64,000 nt of DNA from Azolla caroliniana. Taxonomy: Eukaryota > Plantae > Polypodiophyta. Shown here piece by piece: positions 15,058 through 28,700 of the stretch; positions within the stretch are counted from its first letter, which is position 1; the number at the start of each line of letters is the position of its first letter. The notes beneath the pieces are model-generated. The model was not told where the DNA came from. It made no database searches and saw nothing but the letters and a program-made list of their open reading frames with translations. The stretch is taken from contig JBHGNT010000009.1 in the NCBI GenBank assembly GCA_043228905.1, positions 19,344,001 to 19,408,000 on the forward strand. Direction: 5' to 3'. Made by a program: the position numbers and the translations under genes.

Positions 15058-18000
15058 ATGAATGATGAAGAGAGCAACATTGCTCCCTTGCTCTCCCATC
15101 CCAACCCCAATGACAACAAAAAGAGCCCTGGAGAGAAAGGAATGTACATGGATTGGTTGGGCCGCCCTGCCGATGATAGAGATGATTTGGGCGGTTGGAA
15201 TCGTGCCTTGTGGAATGCAGGTAAAGAAAGAAACTCCTTGAATTTTCAAAGGTTGTGGTCGGCTGGGTAGTTCGATACCCCCGACCTATCCAAAATCGAC
15301 CAATAAGGTGTGGGTTGGGTTAGTTCGATACACCATTTGGTCGATATTCGATCGATCCGTTGGGTTCAATAGATCGTGAAGTCCGCTAGTGTGGACAATC
15401 GATGTGGCATGCCGTGCGATTTGGTCTTTAGGTCATAGAGGTGCTTAATTCCGAGAAATGCCATGGCCATGGTATGGATATGTAAAAATGTTTGTTGTCG
15501 GGGTCATATTAGAGCATGAGATTGTTCGATCCGATTCACCACGGGAGATGTGGCATGGCATGAAAGTATGCCTGCCTAACATGTGGAAGATGTGGGGAAC
15601 CCCATGACATTGTGTGCTGAATGGCCTGAATAGCTTATCGATAGGATGCCGTATTTTACACGATAAGGGAGCCTGAAAGAGATCTGATATATAAGCATTC
15701 ATTTTTTAGTTTCATGTGTGTGTGTGTGTGTGTGTTTTGGTTTCAGTGGCATTTGGATTCTACTACTCTTCCTTCTTTGGCATTCTTGGCAATCTGGTCA
15801 TCTATCTGGTCCAAGTTTGGGGGGAGACGAGCGCGCACGCCGCGAATTCGGTCACAAATTTGACGGGCACCACGTTCATGTGCTCGTTCTTGGGCGCATT
15901 CGTGAGTGACGCTTACCTCGGCCGCCTCTGGGCCGCCACCATCTTCCAGACCTTGAGCTTGCTGGTAAGCCAAAAACAAATCAATTCAAAACATGGAAAT
16001 TCATCGGCACAAATTTTGTCATGTTATTGTGCATATCATAGTCTAATGGGCATATCTCTGATTTGTTTAACCCTAGGTCTATACATATACACACACATAC
16101 TACTATACCATACCACACCATACTCTGAATTGTTTAACCCTAGGTATATACATATACACACATACTAGTATACCACACCATACCATACTCTGAATTGTTT
16201 AACCCTAGGTATATATACACACATACATACCATGTACCATATCATACCATACCGCTCTAGACCATGTCCTATATATTTGAATGGATGAATCCCTAGCTCA
16301 ATTGTCATCACTAAATGCATCTTGATAGGTTTATACTCACACACACACATACCATACCTCTCTAGACTATGTCCATGCCTTGCCTCTCTAGAGTCTAGAC
16401 CATGTCTTATATATTGGAATGGATGAATCCCTTGCCCAATTCTCACCATTAATGCACAATGATTGTTATTCTCTTAAGACTACATGGGTTTTTTTTTTTT
16501 GGATGATTTTTAAAAGACTACTACCGCGGGCATGGTAGCAGTATGTTGGAACGCGATGGAATCGAGCTCGGGAGCGAAGCTCTTCATAACCATATCTCTC
16601 TATTTGATAGCCGTGGCTTCAGGCTCGGCAATGCCCAATGTGTCGTCGATCGGGGCGGACCAGCTGCGATCAGAGCAGGACAAGGCCAAGTATTTCACGC
16701 TCGTGGCGATGGCGATCTCGGCCGGACAAGTGGTGGGCACCACGGTCGTCACGTACGTGGACAGCGAGATGGGGAGATGGGGGTTAGGGTTTGGGCTTTG
16801 TGCTATGCAGTCGGGGCTAGGGTTGATCCTTTCGCTTGTGGTCTTTTCTGGGTGCCGACAATGGCGGCCAGCGGGGAACCCCTTCATCCGGATCGTCCAA
16901 GTGCTGGTCGTGTCGGTCCGCAAGCGGTCCCTCTCTCTCCGGAGAGACCCCACCCTAAAGCTCCACGAGGTGCCCGGACAAGACAACTTGTCGGCCATTC
17001 CCGGTTGCCGCAAAATCCCGCACACGAACTCCCTTTCGTAAGTTCGCTTTTTAACTTTAAAATGCCCCTTTTTCTTCTCGTTGTTAGGTAGCAACAACAC
17101 CCAAAGAAAGGGTTAATAATGTATTGCCATGAATAAAAGTAGTATTGGTTTTAAATGATTTTTGTTTGTTTGTGTTTGGGTAGTCACCATTCCGGATTCC
17201 TATTGTACTGTACGTTCCTTTTTGTCGTGTTACTCGCACCGATTACTCTTTTCTTATCCTCTACCATTTAGCATCTTCATCTAAATGTTTTTCGAGTGTC
17301 TTTTGGAGAACTCTTTCTTTTCTGTCATGCTTGCTTTTTTGTTGTTTCTCTTTGGCTTTATTAAATCTCCTTTTTCTTGTTTGTGCTTTTATTAGCTTTC
17401 TCGATAAAGCCGCATTGACAACTCCGGAGGAGCCCAAGGAAAAGTTGGACCAATGGAAATTGTGCACGGTGACGCAAGTCGAAGAGCTAAAGTGCCTACT
17501 ACGTGTCATCCCGGTCGGCATCGCGTCCACATGTATGGCCGCCATGGCAGCCCAAATGAACACATTGTTCCAAGTCCAAGCCTTGGAGATGAACATGCAA
17601 GTGACCCAATGGCTCACTATACCAGCAGCTTCGATCCACCTCTTCTCGATAACCGGCTCCATTCTTACTGGTTTCGTGTATAACGTGGGAGGAGCAAGGC
17701 TACTTGGTTGGTTGCTTAATCCGTTGAAAAAAGGCTTTGCTCACCAGGCAACCTCTCTTCAAGTACAAGGCACATCCATCTTTATCGGAATTGTGGTTAT
17801 GGTCATCTCGGCACTTGTCGAGGCGTACCGCCTTCAGGCCATAGAAGAGGGACATACCCTCTCCGTCTTGTGGCTTATCCCACAAACGTTCCTCGTCGGA
17901 GTCTCGACAAACTTTGTCTACGCCGGAAGCATGGACTTCTTTTACACTGAGGTTTCCGATGGAATGAGGACGGTTAGTAGTGCGGTTAGCTTACTTTTCC

Positions 18001-18245
18001 TTGGTGGGGGTTATTATTTGAGTAGCATCTTTGTCACGATTGTGAACGATATTACAACCCGAGATGGGAGTGCGGGATGGATACCCTCGGATTTGAATTT
18101 GGGCCATGTAGACTACTTTTATTGGTTTCTCGCGTCCTTCCTTACTTTAGTCCTTGGACTCTTCCTTGTTTACTCCCATTTTTATATATATAGAGAGCCT
18201 CCCAAGGATCAACTTCTTCAGAGTTCAGATGCTCTCCTCCATTAG
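15058..18245 (+). CDS. NPF: NRT1/PTR family (NPF) transporter, copy 2, 583 aa (tandem duplicate)
   Basis: Exons 15058-15220, 15747-15964, 16517-17037, 17396-18245. Exon lengths identical to copy 1 and sequence highly similar. Confidence 0.93.
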
Positions 18246-19269
18246 TATACCTATTAGCAAGTGACAATAGCTTTTACGTGCGAGTAACTTGTAAATCTTT
18301 CCTTGGTCAACACATTGTTGAGATGTAAATAATCACATTCTTTGAATTGTAATACATTATTGCAAATAAAGAGAATGAAACGATATTTACTATTTGACAA
18401 ATTTCTTCACATATTAGAAAACACAGAATTGAGATATTGATTATCTTCTCTTTTGTCGCAATGTTAATCACATTGAGCTAGTTTTGGTTTATAGTCAATT
18501 CTACATAGACTTTTGTATGAATGTATGCAAGTATGATTTAACTATGATTTTTTGAACATTGACAACTCGCATTGAAAAAGTCAAGCCTACCTTTTCAATA
18601 TCGAAGAATGAGCAATGTATTTATATGATAGAGTAAACTAGGTTGTCGTTGTGTTAACAGTTGCCCTTTAGGACATCTTGCATTGTCGACATCGTGGAAC
18701 TAATTTGATCCGGTCTGCACTCATAAGTGTACATATATGAGCTTCTCGTCTCTCAATGAATTTGATCTATTGTAAAGTCTCCTTTTTAGACAACAACTTA
18801 TAATCGACAAGGATTTGGTTTGGGAGTCTCAAGTTCAAAATGAGTAGGTGCAAACCTAATTTGAAGGAAAAACTATTTTAATGAACTTCAAGGGTGAAAC
18901 ATAGGTAAAAAGAATTTAGCTCGAGTCATCATACCAAAAAGGCAACAATGCTCACTTAAAATGGAAGCCCAAACACTTCATCTTTTTGGAAAAAAGATCA
19001 CCATATAAAGTATCTCTTATTTGAGCAAAACTTTTATTGATGTAACATGTTGTGTTCTGTCTTTTGTGTTTAGTTTTCGGATAAATAGAGCTTTGTTGTT
19101 GTATTATGTGCTCTTAATTGGCATTAGGTAGTAAGTAAGAAGTAAATGCATAGTTGGAAAAGCGTGAACATTGGTATTGTCTATGGTAGTCTTTGAACTA
19201 ATCTTATGTTTTTGAGCAACTTGTTGAATAATGATGAAGACCGAGAGAGTGAATAGACTCCGAATTGTT

Positions 19270-20081
19270 AAATTTTTTTGAAACTTCAACCGAAAAGAAC
19301 TGAACCACGAAACCATTTGAACCGAAACTGTCTAACAAATCCAAACCGTAAAAACCATGGTTTGTGGTTTGGTTTCAGTTTTCAAATTAGGTAAACATTT
19401 AAATTTAAAATTTTCATTATTTTAAATATTTTCCTAAAATGTGAGAATTAGGCTTTAAAATGAAAGTTTCTTTTAAAATTTTAAAAAATAAAAAATAAAA
19501 AAACAAAAAAAACCATTAAACCGTTTTAATCGCGGTTTCTAACCATTGAAACCAAACCAAACCAAACCGTTCACCCCCCAAACCGAACTAAACCATAAAA
19601 AAAACTTGAACTTGAACCGAACCAAATCATTAAGCCATTAAGCCGTGGTTTTGCGATTCGGTTCGGTTCAAATGAAACTGAAACCAACCGAACCGAACCG
19701 TTCACCCCCCAAACCGAATTGAACCATAAAAAAAACTTGAACTTGAACCGAACCAAATCATTAAGCCAGTAAGCCGTGGTTTCGCGATTCGGTTCGGTTC
19801 AAATGGAACTGAAACCAAACCGAATTGAAGCGTTCACCCCCCAAACCGAACTGAACCATAAAAAAAACTTGAACTTGAACCAAACCAAATTATTAAGTCG
19901 TTAAGCTGTGGTTTTGCGGTTCGGTTCAATTCAAATGGAACCTGAAACCAAACCGAACCAAACCGTTCACCCCCCAAAACGAACTGACCCATAATAAAAA
20001 CTTGAACCTGAACCGAACCAAATCGTTAAGCCACGGTTTCACGGTTTGGTTTGGTTCAAATGGAACCGTTGCCGATTGTTA
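19270..20081. mobile_element. Partial MITE related to 6610-6996, with about 4 internal tandem copies of a ~132-bp unit
   Basis: Same TIR CGTTGCCGATTGTTA at 20067-20081. Units begin CGTTCACCCCCAAA at about 19567, 19698, 19831 and 19963. Left TIR not seen. Confidence 0.7.
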
Positions 20082-20340
20082 GAAGGAGTTAGGAGATGAT
20101 GTGAAATTTCCAACAATCTGGTAGTAGGGGCAAGAGTATTATACTAAAATGACATGTAATAGGTATGTCTTGCAATGCACATTTAGCCTACAATTTCCTA
20201 TAATTCTTAGAAAACAACGAAACCTTGTTGGCATGTAGTGGTTGAGTTTCGTGGTGAGCCAAAAAGATTGTATAATTTGTCTCTCTAAGCAAGAAATGTT
20301 CTTCACAAGTTCCTTTTGATCTCTTTGTAGAAAAATTCCA

Positions 20341-20580
20341 AGCAACAAAAGTCAATTTATTATTTCATTTAAAGAGACTTCTACAACTACATTCATTTAT
20401 TAAGTTGTTGGCATAAGGACAAACCTTAAGGTTCGATTAAAACGATACGAACTAGATATCAAGCAACAAAAGTCAATTTATTATTTCATTGAAAGAGACT
20501 TCTACAACTACATTCATTTATTAAGTTGTTGGTATAAGGACAAACCTTAAGGTTCGATTAAAACGATACTAACTAGATAT
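20341..20580. repeat. Direct tandem duplication, 2 x ~120 bp
   Basis: AGCAACAAAAGTCAATTTATTATTTC...AACTAGATAT repeated at 20341 and 20462. Confidence 0.85.
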
Positions 20581-20883
20581 TAGGGTGGGCTAAAAATATC
20601 CCTATTCAATATCCCTTTATTGAACAAAACTGCCATTATTGAACAAAATTATCATTGGTTAGTTGGTTTATGTCAACTTGGTGGAGATAATGACTCTTAC
20701 TTTTAGATGCACAAATCATTTACATGAAAAGATATATAGCTATGACAAGCTTAGATGCCAATATTTGCACATATTGATATAACAAAAGAAATGATAGAAA
20801 TTGTACACTATAATATGGATATTGCTATATATTCTCATTTTATACAAATCCTTTTTCAAACTTTTGTATCTATTACTAGTACA

Positions 20884-22955
20884 CAATGTTGCCTTTTGAC
20901 GGCCGTTTTGATTGTTTTTGGCAAATATAACCGTATATGCAGGTTAATTTAAAAATGAAACTGTCAATCTTGACGGGCATATATTTTATAAAAACGTAAA
21001 AATGAAGGTTTAAATTTTGTTAATACCGTTAAATTTTGCTAAGGCCAAAACAATTGTACATGTATTAGTAGTTACAAATTACAATTCATAAGCTATAGCA
21101 TATAGTATAGGCTATCGCTACATACCAAGAATTATATGATTTGGGTGTGCTACTAGAGGTGTCTAATATGCCTAAGCAACATGATTATATATCTTATACT
21201 AATAGATATGGAGGATATAAATTTTTGGTTGCCTTTGGGAAATATCTTCTAGAAATTCAAAGCTCAAACCTAATAAATTCCCCATCTACTCTTTGATGCT
21301 AGATGAAAGTACTGACAATGGATTAGAGTTGCACCCCATTGTGTATATTACATACTTGCAATGTGGTGGTTGTGGGCCTAAGGAAATTGAATATATGGTT
21401 TTGTTGAAAATTCCCAATGGTAAAGGTAGAACTATATATGTATGAACATATATTAAACATATTAGGCGATCGATGCCTCAACATGAACAAGTTGATTAGA
21501 TTAACCACTGATGGTGCGTCATCAATTATTGGTAGTGAAATTGGAATAGTAACATTAATGAAAAATGATATCCCAAATTTGGTTGGTGTACATTGTCTTG
21601 CTCATAGAGAAGCATTGGTTATTTTCGATGTATCTAGATATATCCGTGAGCTCATTCTTGTAGAAAAAATTGCAAATAAGGTATATGCATGGGCTAACAA
21701 TAGCACCAAACACATGAAATTTTAGAGCTCTTGGAGCAAATGCAATTGGATGCTCATAGACCCTTACAAATTCATAATATTCGTTGGTTGTCATGTGGTC
21801 AAGTCATGGAAAGACTAGTGAGTATAATGCTTACAATACTTACTATTTGGAAGAAAGAGAACTTAAAAGAGTGGTATAATAAAACTTGTATCTATAGTGT
21901 ACAATTTTGCTTTTGTATGATGGTTGATGTGTTGCATTTGATGAATATTTTGAGCTTCAAACTTCAAAAAGAGAATTTGGATGTAACTTCAATTGGTGCA
22001 GAAATTGATATTACTATTTCTAATTTGTGGAGGTCTTTCTTGAGAAATGACACATTTGCAGATTGAGCAATGTATTTATCCAAATTCTTAAGATGTTCTA
22101 AAGTTGGGTTTTTGGAAATAGAGGATAAAGATGACATTACATATAGACATGAACTAAACTTCAAACAAATTCCCAAGGATAAAGCAAGTCACAATGATAA
22201 GAATCTCAATATTGAAAATCTAAGGGAATGATGCCATTTATAGATGGATCACTTGAAAATTGTATTAAACTATCTCAAAATTATGTGCAAAAGATTATTG
22301 ATGGACTAAATGCAAGGTTCCCTGTTTTAAGCTTAAGCCTCTTCAATGCAACAAAATTATTCAGCCCATGCCATTATGCAGAGGATGATGTGATTAGGGA
22401 TAGTAAAGCAAAGACATGGTTGGGATTTTTGATTTCTCACTTACAACCAAATGTTGATGTCAATGCAAAGGCTTGTGAAATGGAATTCTATAGGTTTGTT
22501 GACACTTTATGTTTAAATTGTGAAGGCTATACTATGCGTGAAGCTTAGCGTATATTTTGCAAAATGAAGGATTGGCAAGATAGTTTCCCTCATTTGATGA
22601 AATTATGGCACACTACTTTGGTTATTCCATCTAGCACGGTTTCGTGTGAGAGAGGGTTCTCTAAGCAAAATCTCATCAAAGAGATGAAAAGAAAACGATT
22701 AAATATAGAACATTTAGACGATTTAATGTGAATCTTATTGAATGGGCCACACATTGAAGAAATACAATGGGATCGTGTATATGAAATTTGGAAAGATGCT
22801 AAGGATAGAAGGGTATAATATATTGTTTAGTACGAATATTCGATGTATTTACTTTTTGAAGGGGCAGTTTTTTTGACAAACCGTCATTTGACAGGCAAAT
22901 TTTTTGGAATACCGTTCTCATGACAAGCAATGTTAGCCATCAAAAGGCAACACTA
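20884..22955 (+). mobile_element. Degenerate hAT DNA transposon with disrupted ZNF862-like transposase
   Basis: TIR CAATGTTGCCTTTTGACGGC / GCCATCAAAAGGCAACACTA, 8-bp TSD CTAGTACA (20876-20883, 22956-22963). Fragments LDESTD, TTDGASSIIG, VHCLAHREAL, RWLS and hAT dimerisation motif IPSSTVSCERGFSKQN, with stops and frameshifts. Confidence 0.88.
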
Positions 22956-23099
22956 CTAGTACATACAAAACAAATCATGGTTGTGATCGTTATATAATAT
23001 TAAAATTGTATATCTTTTTTTTTCCATAAAAAATATCCTCCATTGGTATTAAAATTAAAGTGGTCACGGGCAATATGTATACAAAATAGTCCATTATTA

Positions 23100-23770
23100 C
23101 AATGAGCATTGCATATCTTGTTATCTTTTTCTATATCTCTTGAGCTACCACAAGCCGTCAAGATGCCAATGAAGGTGATAATGTCTGGAGAAAGGCCCTC
23201 ATTTTGCAGCTGCTTAAAGGACATAAATCTTCATGAACCTGATTGTGCTTAGTATACCCAACAATGAGGACGTTTCAAGGGACAATATTTCGATCAGGAA
23301 GGCCTTTCAACACTTTCTCTACTTATGCAAGCATCCCACATTTGACATACTTATCCACGAAAGTGGTACCAAATACATTATCCCCCTACATTAACTACGT
23401 AATTCTGTCATGAATTGGCTATCTTGTGTGTGTTGTTTTTATGCTTCTACAAGCCTTCAATGTACAAATGAAGGTGACTGCATCTAGAGAAAGCCTCTCA
23501 CTTTGCATATGTTCAAAATCGTACAACACTTCATAACATTGCCCTTGTCGGCCATATCCTACAAGTAGTGCATTCCAAGAGATGACATTTCAGGTAAGAA
23601 GCACTTTAAGAACTTCTTGTGCCTTAGCAGGCACACCACATTTGGCATACATATTGATTAAAGCAGTCCCCAATAAAATGTCTTTATCATGCAAGACTCT
23701 ACACACAACCTCCTCATGAATTTGTTTGCCTTTATCTAATGCTCTTATGTTGCAACACGCCTTCAAAGTA
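23100..23770 (-). pseudogene. PPR gene fragment, disrupted
   Basis: PLS-PPR motifs on the minus strand (LGTALINMYAKCG, SWNALLVGY, EGLSPDIITFIGILTACG) broken by frameshifts and stops. Confidence 0.7.
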
Positions 23771-25778
23771 GAAAGAAGTAAAATTGTATATCATTATCAA
23801 AATGACCATTATTATACTTCTTATAAAGTTTTTTTTTCCTAAAAAATTATTCTTCATTAGTAGAATTTCTGCATAGATGACAAAATGATTAGGCTGAAAA
23901 CATTACAACAGCTCTAGCCATGATGACCTATGAAAACCACAAATAAGGATAGTGAAAGACGAAAAAAAATGACATGAGACATCGTATATGTAGTGAATGT
24001 AGAACGTAGTGGGCCATAATGCTTAGTCCAAAGTTAATTGTCTTAAACTTCTAATTTCCTCATTCTCATTTGGTAAGAACAAACTCTTCAAATGATGAAG
24101 AAAGTTAAAATCACCCTCTATCCAAAGTTAACTCTTCAAAAAGGACACTTAAAAGCAACATCCTCTTCATTCAAACATATTTAGTCAACTCCATCTTTCA
24201 AAGGAGGCAAACCAGTTGAACATGCTTGAGCAAAACTATATGATAGGAGAAAGCTTTGTTCCTTATGTAAATTCTATGAAGAAATTTCCATGCACTTGTT
24301 TTTGCATTGCCTTGATTGCCTACAACTCTCCTTTAAAAGCTGTAAATATATATTGGAATTCTAGAACCATGGTTGCCCTTAAGTAGGCTAAATTTTGATC
24401 TACTATTTTGTGGAAAATAGGTAAATGATATGTTTCTTCTAGAAAGGTCATTTATTTTTCAATTCCCACTATTTCTGATTAGAGCTTGCTGGTACAACCT
24501 AGAAAAATAGCAAGATTAAATCAATTAATCATAAACACTATGTTGAAGCTCATGAAGGTTCAGCATTGACATATGCTATAGTATAGTATTACAAAAAGTA
24601 ACTCTACATAGCTCAATAACAAATCAATGCTAACATGTAATGTCGTGCAAAGTCATTTATTTGCGGAGTGATTATTGGGGGGCTACCATTAGGTTCAACC
24701 TTAAGACAAAGAGGATTGGGATTTGGCATACATTTCTTTTGTACCATTCCATTGGAAGATTGTATACATAAGGTTTATTCAATGCCCTATTGCTCATAAC
24801 ATTTGGAAATCTTTGTAGAGATTTGGCAAGTTTTGACTAGTTTAACTTTTTCTGAAAATTCTCTCCATTAGAAGAAAAAGAAGCCTTTAAAACCCACAAT
24901 CTACATAACCAAGATCCAATGCGTTAAAAGCTCTCCTATAGATCTTAACGATCTACTTGGGTGTTTTACACTTCTTCCTCTTAGGAATATATTTTACTGT
25001 AAGCATGAAAATAAGGAAATAAATAAAAGAATGAGAGAAAGAAAGAGAAAGAAGGGTGTCGATTCACCGGACCACCCCCAAGTGAAAGGATTGCAATAAA
25101 CTCGAACCTTGAATGACGCCCCATACCATCACTATAGGCTTTGAGTCATACTTCGTATTGGCACACCCTTGCCACAAGAGATTGTCCACCACAAGGTCAC
25201 ACTCTTGGCATAGTCGAATGATCCCCCAATGAGATTAGGTAGGCCTCATATTGATAACTAAACCCAGGCCCCCTAGCAAGTTCACACTTGACCCTTAAGA
25301 GTTGTCTCAATCTTTATATTCTCCATTAACCCGCACTCTCTTATCCTCTCGTATAGAAAATTGTGGTCAAAACTACATGTGATAACTTAATATGGTTATA
25401 CTTGTAAGACTTCCCCTTTCTTGATGATTAGAATTTTCTTTGTTCTTATATAGATGTATAAGTTGTTCACCCTTAGTAAGCATAGTTGTTAAAAATCGCG
25501 TATTCTACATCTAGAGGACGTTTTAGAATACTCTAAAGTATTCTACACGTATTCTACATTTAAGAACTGCCGATTTTTAAAAGTTGACGTACTCTTCATA
25601 TTCTAAAATTTTGACGTACATTCTATGTATTTAACAAAAAATTTTAATTTTTAATTTTTTTTTGAAATTATTTTAAGAAGTATTTAACATATTTTACAAG
25701 TATTCTACACGCATTCTAAATATTCTACACATGTTCTAAGTATTTAACATATTTTATCTATAAAAAACGTATTTTAAG

Positions 25779-28700
25779 TGTTGAGAGTCGAACTCAACTT
25801 TCCATAGTAGTAGGTTTCACACTAGCTCATGGTCATACCAAGCTAGTTTTGTAAATACTAGAAAGGGCACTTGCCCTAGGTTAGTCGGTATTTAAACCAA
25901 CCCATTGTAACTTAGTTACTGTTGCAAGTATTTTGGTTAGTGTAACATACAATCTTTTATCTCTGTCTTAAGCTCTCTCTCTTTCTCTCTTTGTTTTGCC
26001 TTACGTACACACACACACACACACAGTCCTTCCCCTGCATCTCAGCCACTCTTACTCCTCATTTCTTTACATGGTATCAGAGCGTGTGGTTGCTTCATCA
26101 AATCTATTCAACTGTGTTGTGGTACACGCCGACGATCAACAGAACCGGCTCATCAACAAAGAAGAAATCGACATAATGAACATTCATATGGGAAGCGCTC
26201 TTCCTACCGAGAAGCTTGACAGAACAAATTTCACATCTTGGGAATACAAGATGCATCAATACCTTGTCGGACAAGGTTACTGGAGCTACATTGAAGGAGC
26301 TCACGAAACTCAACCCAACCCAACACACACCAACTATCCCGCTTGGGAGCAGGCCGCAAGCCGTGTGTTGTATTGCATTGCATCATGCGTTCATGATCAT
26401 ATGCTTGGCTATATTTGAGATTCGAAAACATCGAAAGAAGCTTGGGGAAATCTCAAGAAGATTTTTGTGGCCAATAGGGCTGCACGAGAGCTCCAACTTC
26501 TACAGGAGCTAAACAACATGCAACAAAGGGACATGTCGATCACAAGCTATACCTTAAAGATCAAGGAGTTGTGTGATGCCCTCGGTTCGATTAATGTCGT
26601 AATTGATGATCACGAGATGGTGCCTCGGTGGCTTAACACCTCGATTTGGCACGATTAGATCGGCCATTCTTGCAAGGGAGAACCCCCCTTCATTTTTCAA
26701 TCTCCAATCAATATTGTTGGTTGTGGAAAATCACGCATGGCAACGGAGCAACGCACCAGAGGGTCATATGCTCTACTCCCAATCGGATGATAGAAGAAAT
26801 TTCGGCCGTGGAAATAGAGGTCGATTCGAACAAGGCCGTAATGGTCGGCAGACTCAAGAGCGTAACCCCCGCCAATGGCAAGCGGACAGGAACGGTCCCA
26901 AAGAGTTCGGTAGAAGCGGGAGTCATCCCGCCGGACCGAGCAATTGTAACAACCCGATCGAATGCGGGTATTGTGGAAAACACGGCCACTATGAAGAGGA
27001 GTGCCGAAAAAAGGTACGAGATTCGGTTTCAACAAGCCGACAGCTCACGAACTACGCATCGAATTCCGACTATGACGATCGTAGCGGAATGTTTACAAAT
27101 TACGCCACAAATTCCGACTAAGGCAACCGTGGCGGAATGTTCGTAATGAGGCACGAAGCACACTCGATGTCAGCACAGGCCTCAACTAGCGCCTCTGCCT
27201 CAAATAACGTATGGTTTGTTGACTCGGGAGCATCCAACCACATGACGTCTCATGAAGATTGGTTTTAGGAATTACAAAAACCCGAACGACCCGGATATGT
27301 CGAGATAGGCGATGACATGACTCATCCAATACAACATATCAGGAAGGTCCCATTCGGAAATAATGGCAAACAAACATATCTCAAGAACGTAATGCATGTC
27401 CCTACCATCATGAAAAATCTGGTCTTGGTCGGTTAGATTGTTGAACAAGGAATGCAGGTACGATTCAACAATGATGGGTGCTTTATCGAAAGAGGAGATC
27501 AAGTCATAGCTCACGACCATCGTGAAGGCCGTATGTTTGTCCTCGAATCGAACGAGGTAAAATTGGCCATGTTGGCAAAGGGCCTCAAAGTTGAAACTGA
27601 CCTAAACTTGTGGCACAAGAGAATTGGTCACATCAATCTCCAGAAGCTTCAGAACATGCAATCGAAAGGAGTTGTAATCGGACTCCCGAACTTTACTGCA
27701 AAGGAGATTACGGGCGTATGTGAAGCGTGCCAGTTCGGAAAGCAACGCCGACATCCATTCCCGAAAGAGCAGAATGTGAGCAAAGGGATCCTAGATGTCG
27801 TACATTCAGATGCATGGGGACTCGCCCAGATAAGCACACTCGGCGGATGCCGATATTATGTCACGTTCAATTCGGACACTTCCAGAGGTTCAAGGTCGAA
27901 GTCGAAAAAACTACGGGTCGACACATACGCTGCCTTCGATTGGATGGAGGCAAAGAATACTTTTCAGATGAGTTTACGGTGTATCTCCGAAAGGAAGGAA
28001 TCCGACGAGAATTCTCATGCCGTCACACACCTCAGTAGAACCCGCACATAGTAGAAGTCTCACGGGCTATGATGAATGAGAAGAACCTAGCGAAATCGTA
28101 CTAGCAGAAGCGGCGAACACGACCATATATCTCATGAATAGGTGCAAAACCTCGGGAGTACACGACGTAACTCGTCATGAGAAGTTTTTTGGAAAGAAGC
28201 CGGACTTATCACATGTCCGCATTTTCGGCTCCATCGCCTACGTACATATTCCCGACGATACACGACAAAAGCTCGACCCGAAGTTAGAGAAATGTATCCT
28301 CGTAGGATACTCACTTGAACAGAAGGGGTACAAATGCTACAACCCATCTACCTGAAAAGCTCAAACAAGTCGAGATGTAGTCTTTGATGAGTCCGCATCT
28401 TGGTACACACCGGAAACAACTTCGACTCTGACTCCGCTTGACCCGAAATCCGCCGAAATGGAGGTAGAAGACGAAGATCGGCTCACACGCATGTTTGAAG
28501 AAAGCCCGATTACGACACGGCTTAGTGGACCAGGGGAGCCCTCGAGTGACCAAAGCATATTTCGACCGAGTCTGAAACTCGACAAAGGGAAGGCCAAGAT
28601 GTCTGAATACGAAGATCCAATCGACACCGCGTCAACTCACTCCCTCGACAGTGAGTTTCAAGGCATGGACATCCCAATCATCCAGATAGATGGAGCGAAG

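Noticed and set aside
9044-17885. Overlapping antisense and alternative-frame ORFs at the NPF loci
   Set aside because: Shadows of GC-rich exons and (TATG)n microsatellites, with no independent motifs.
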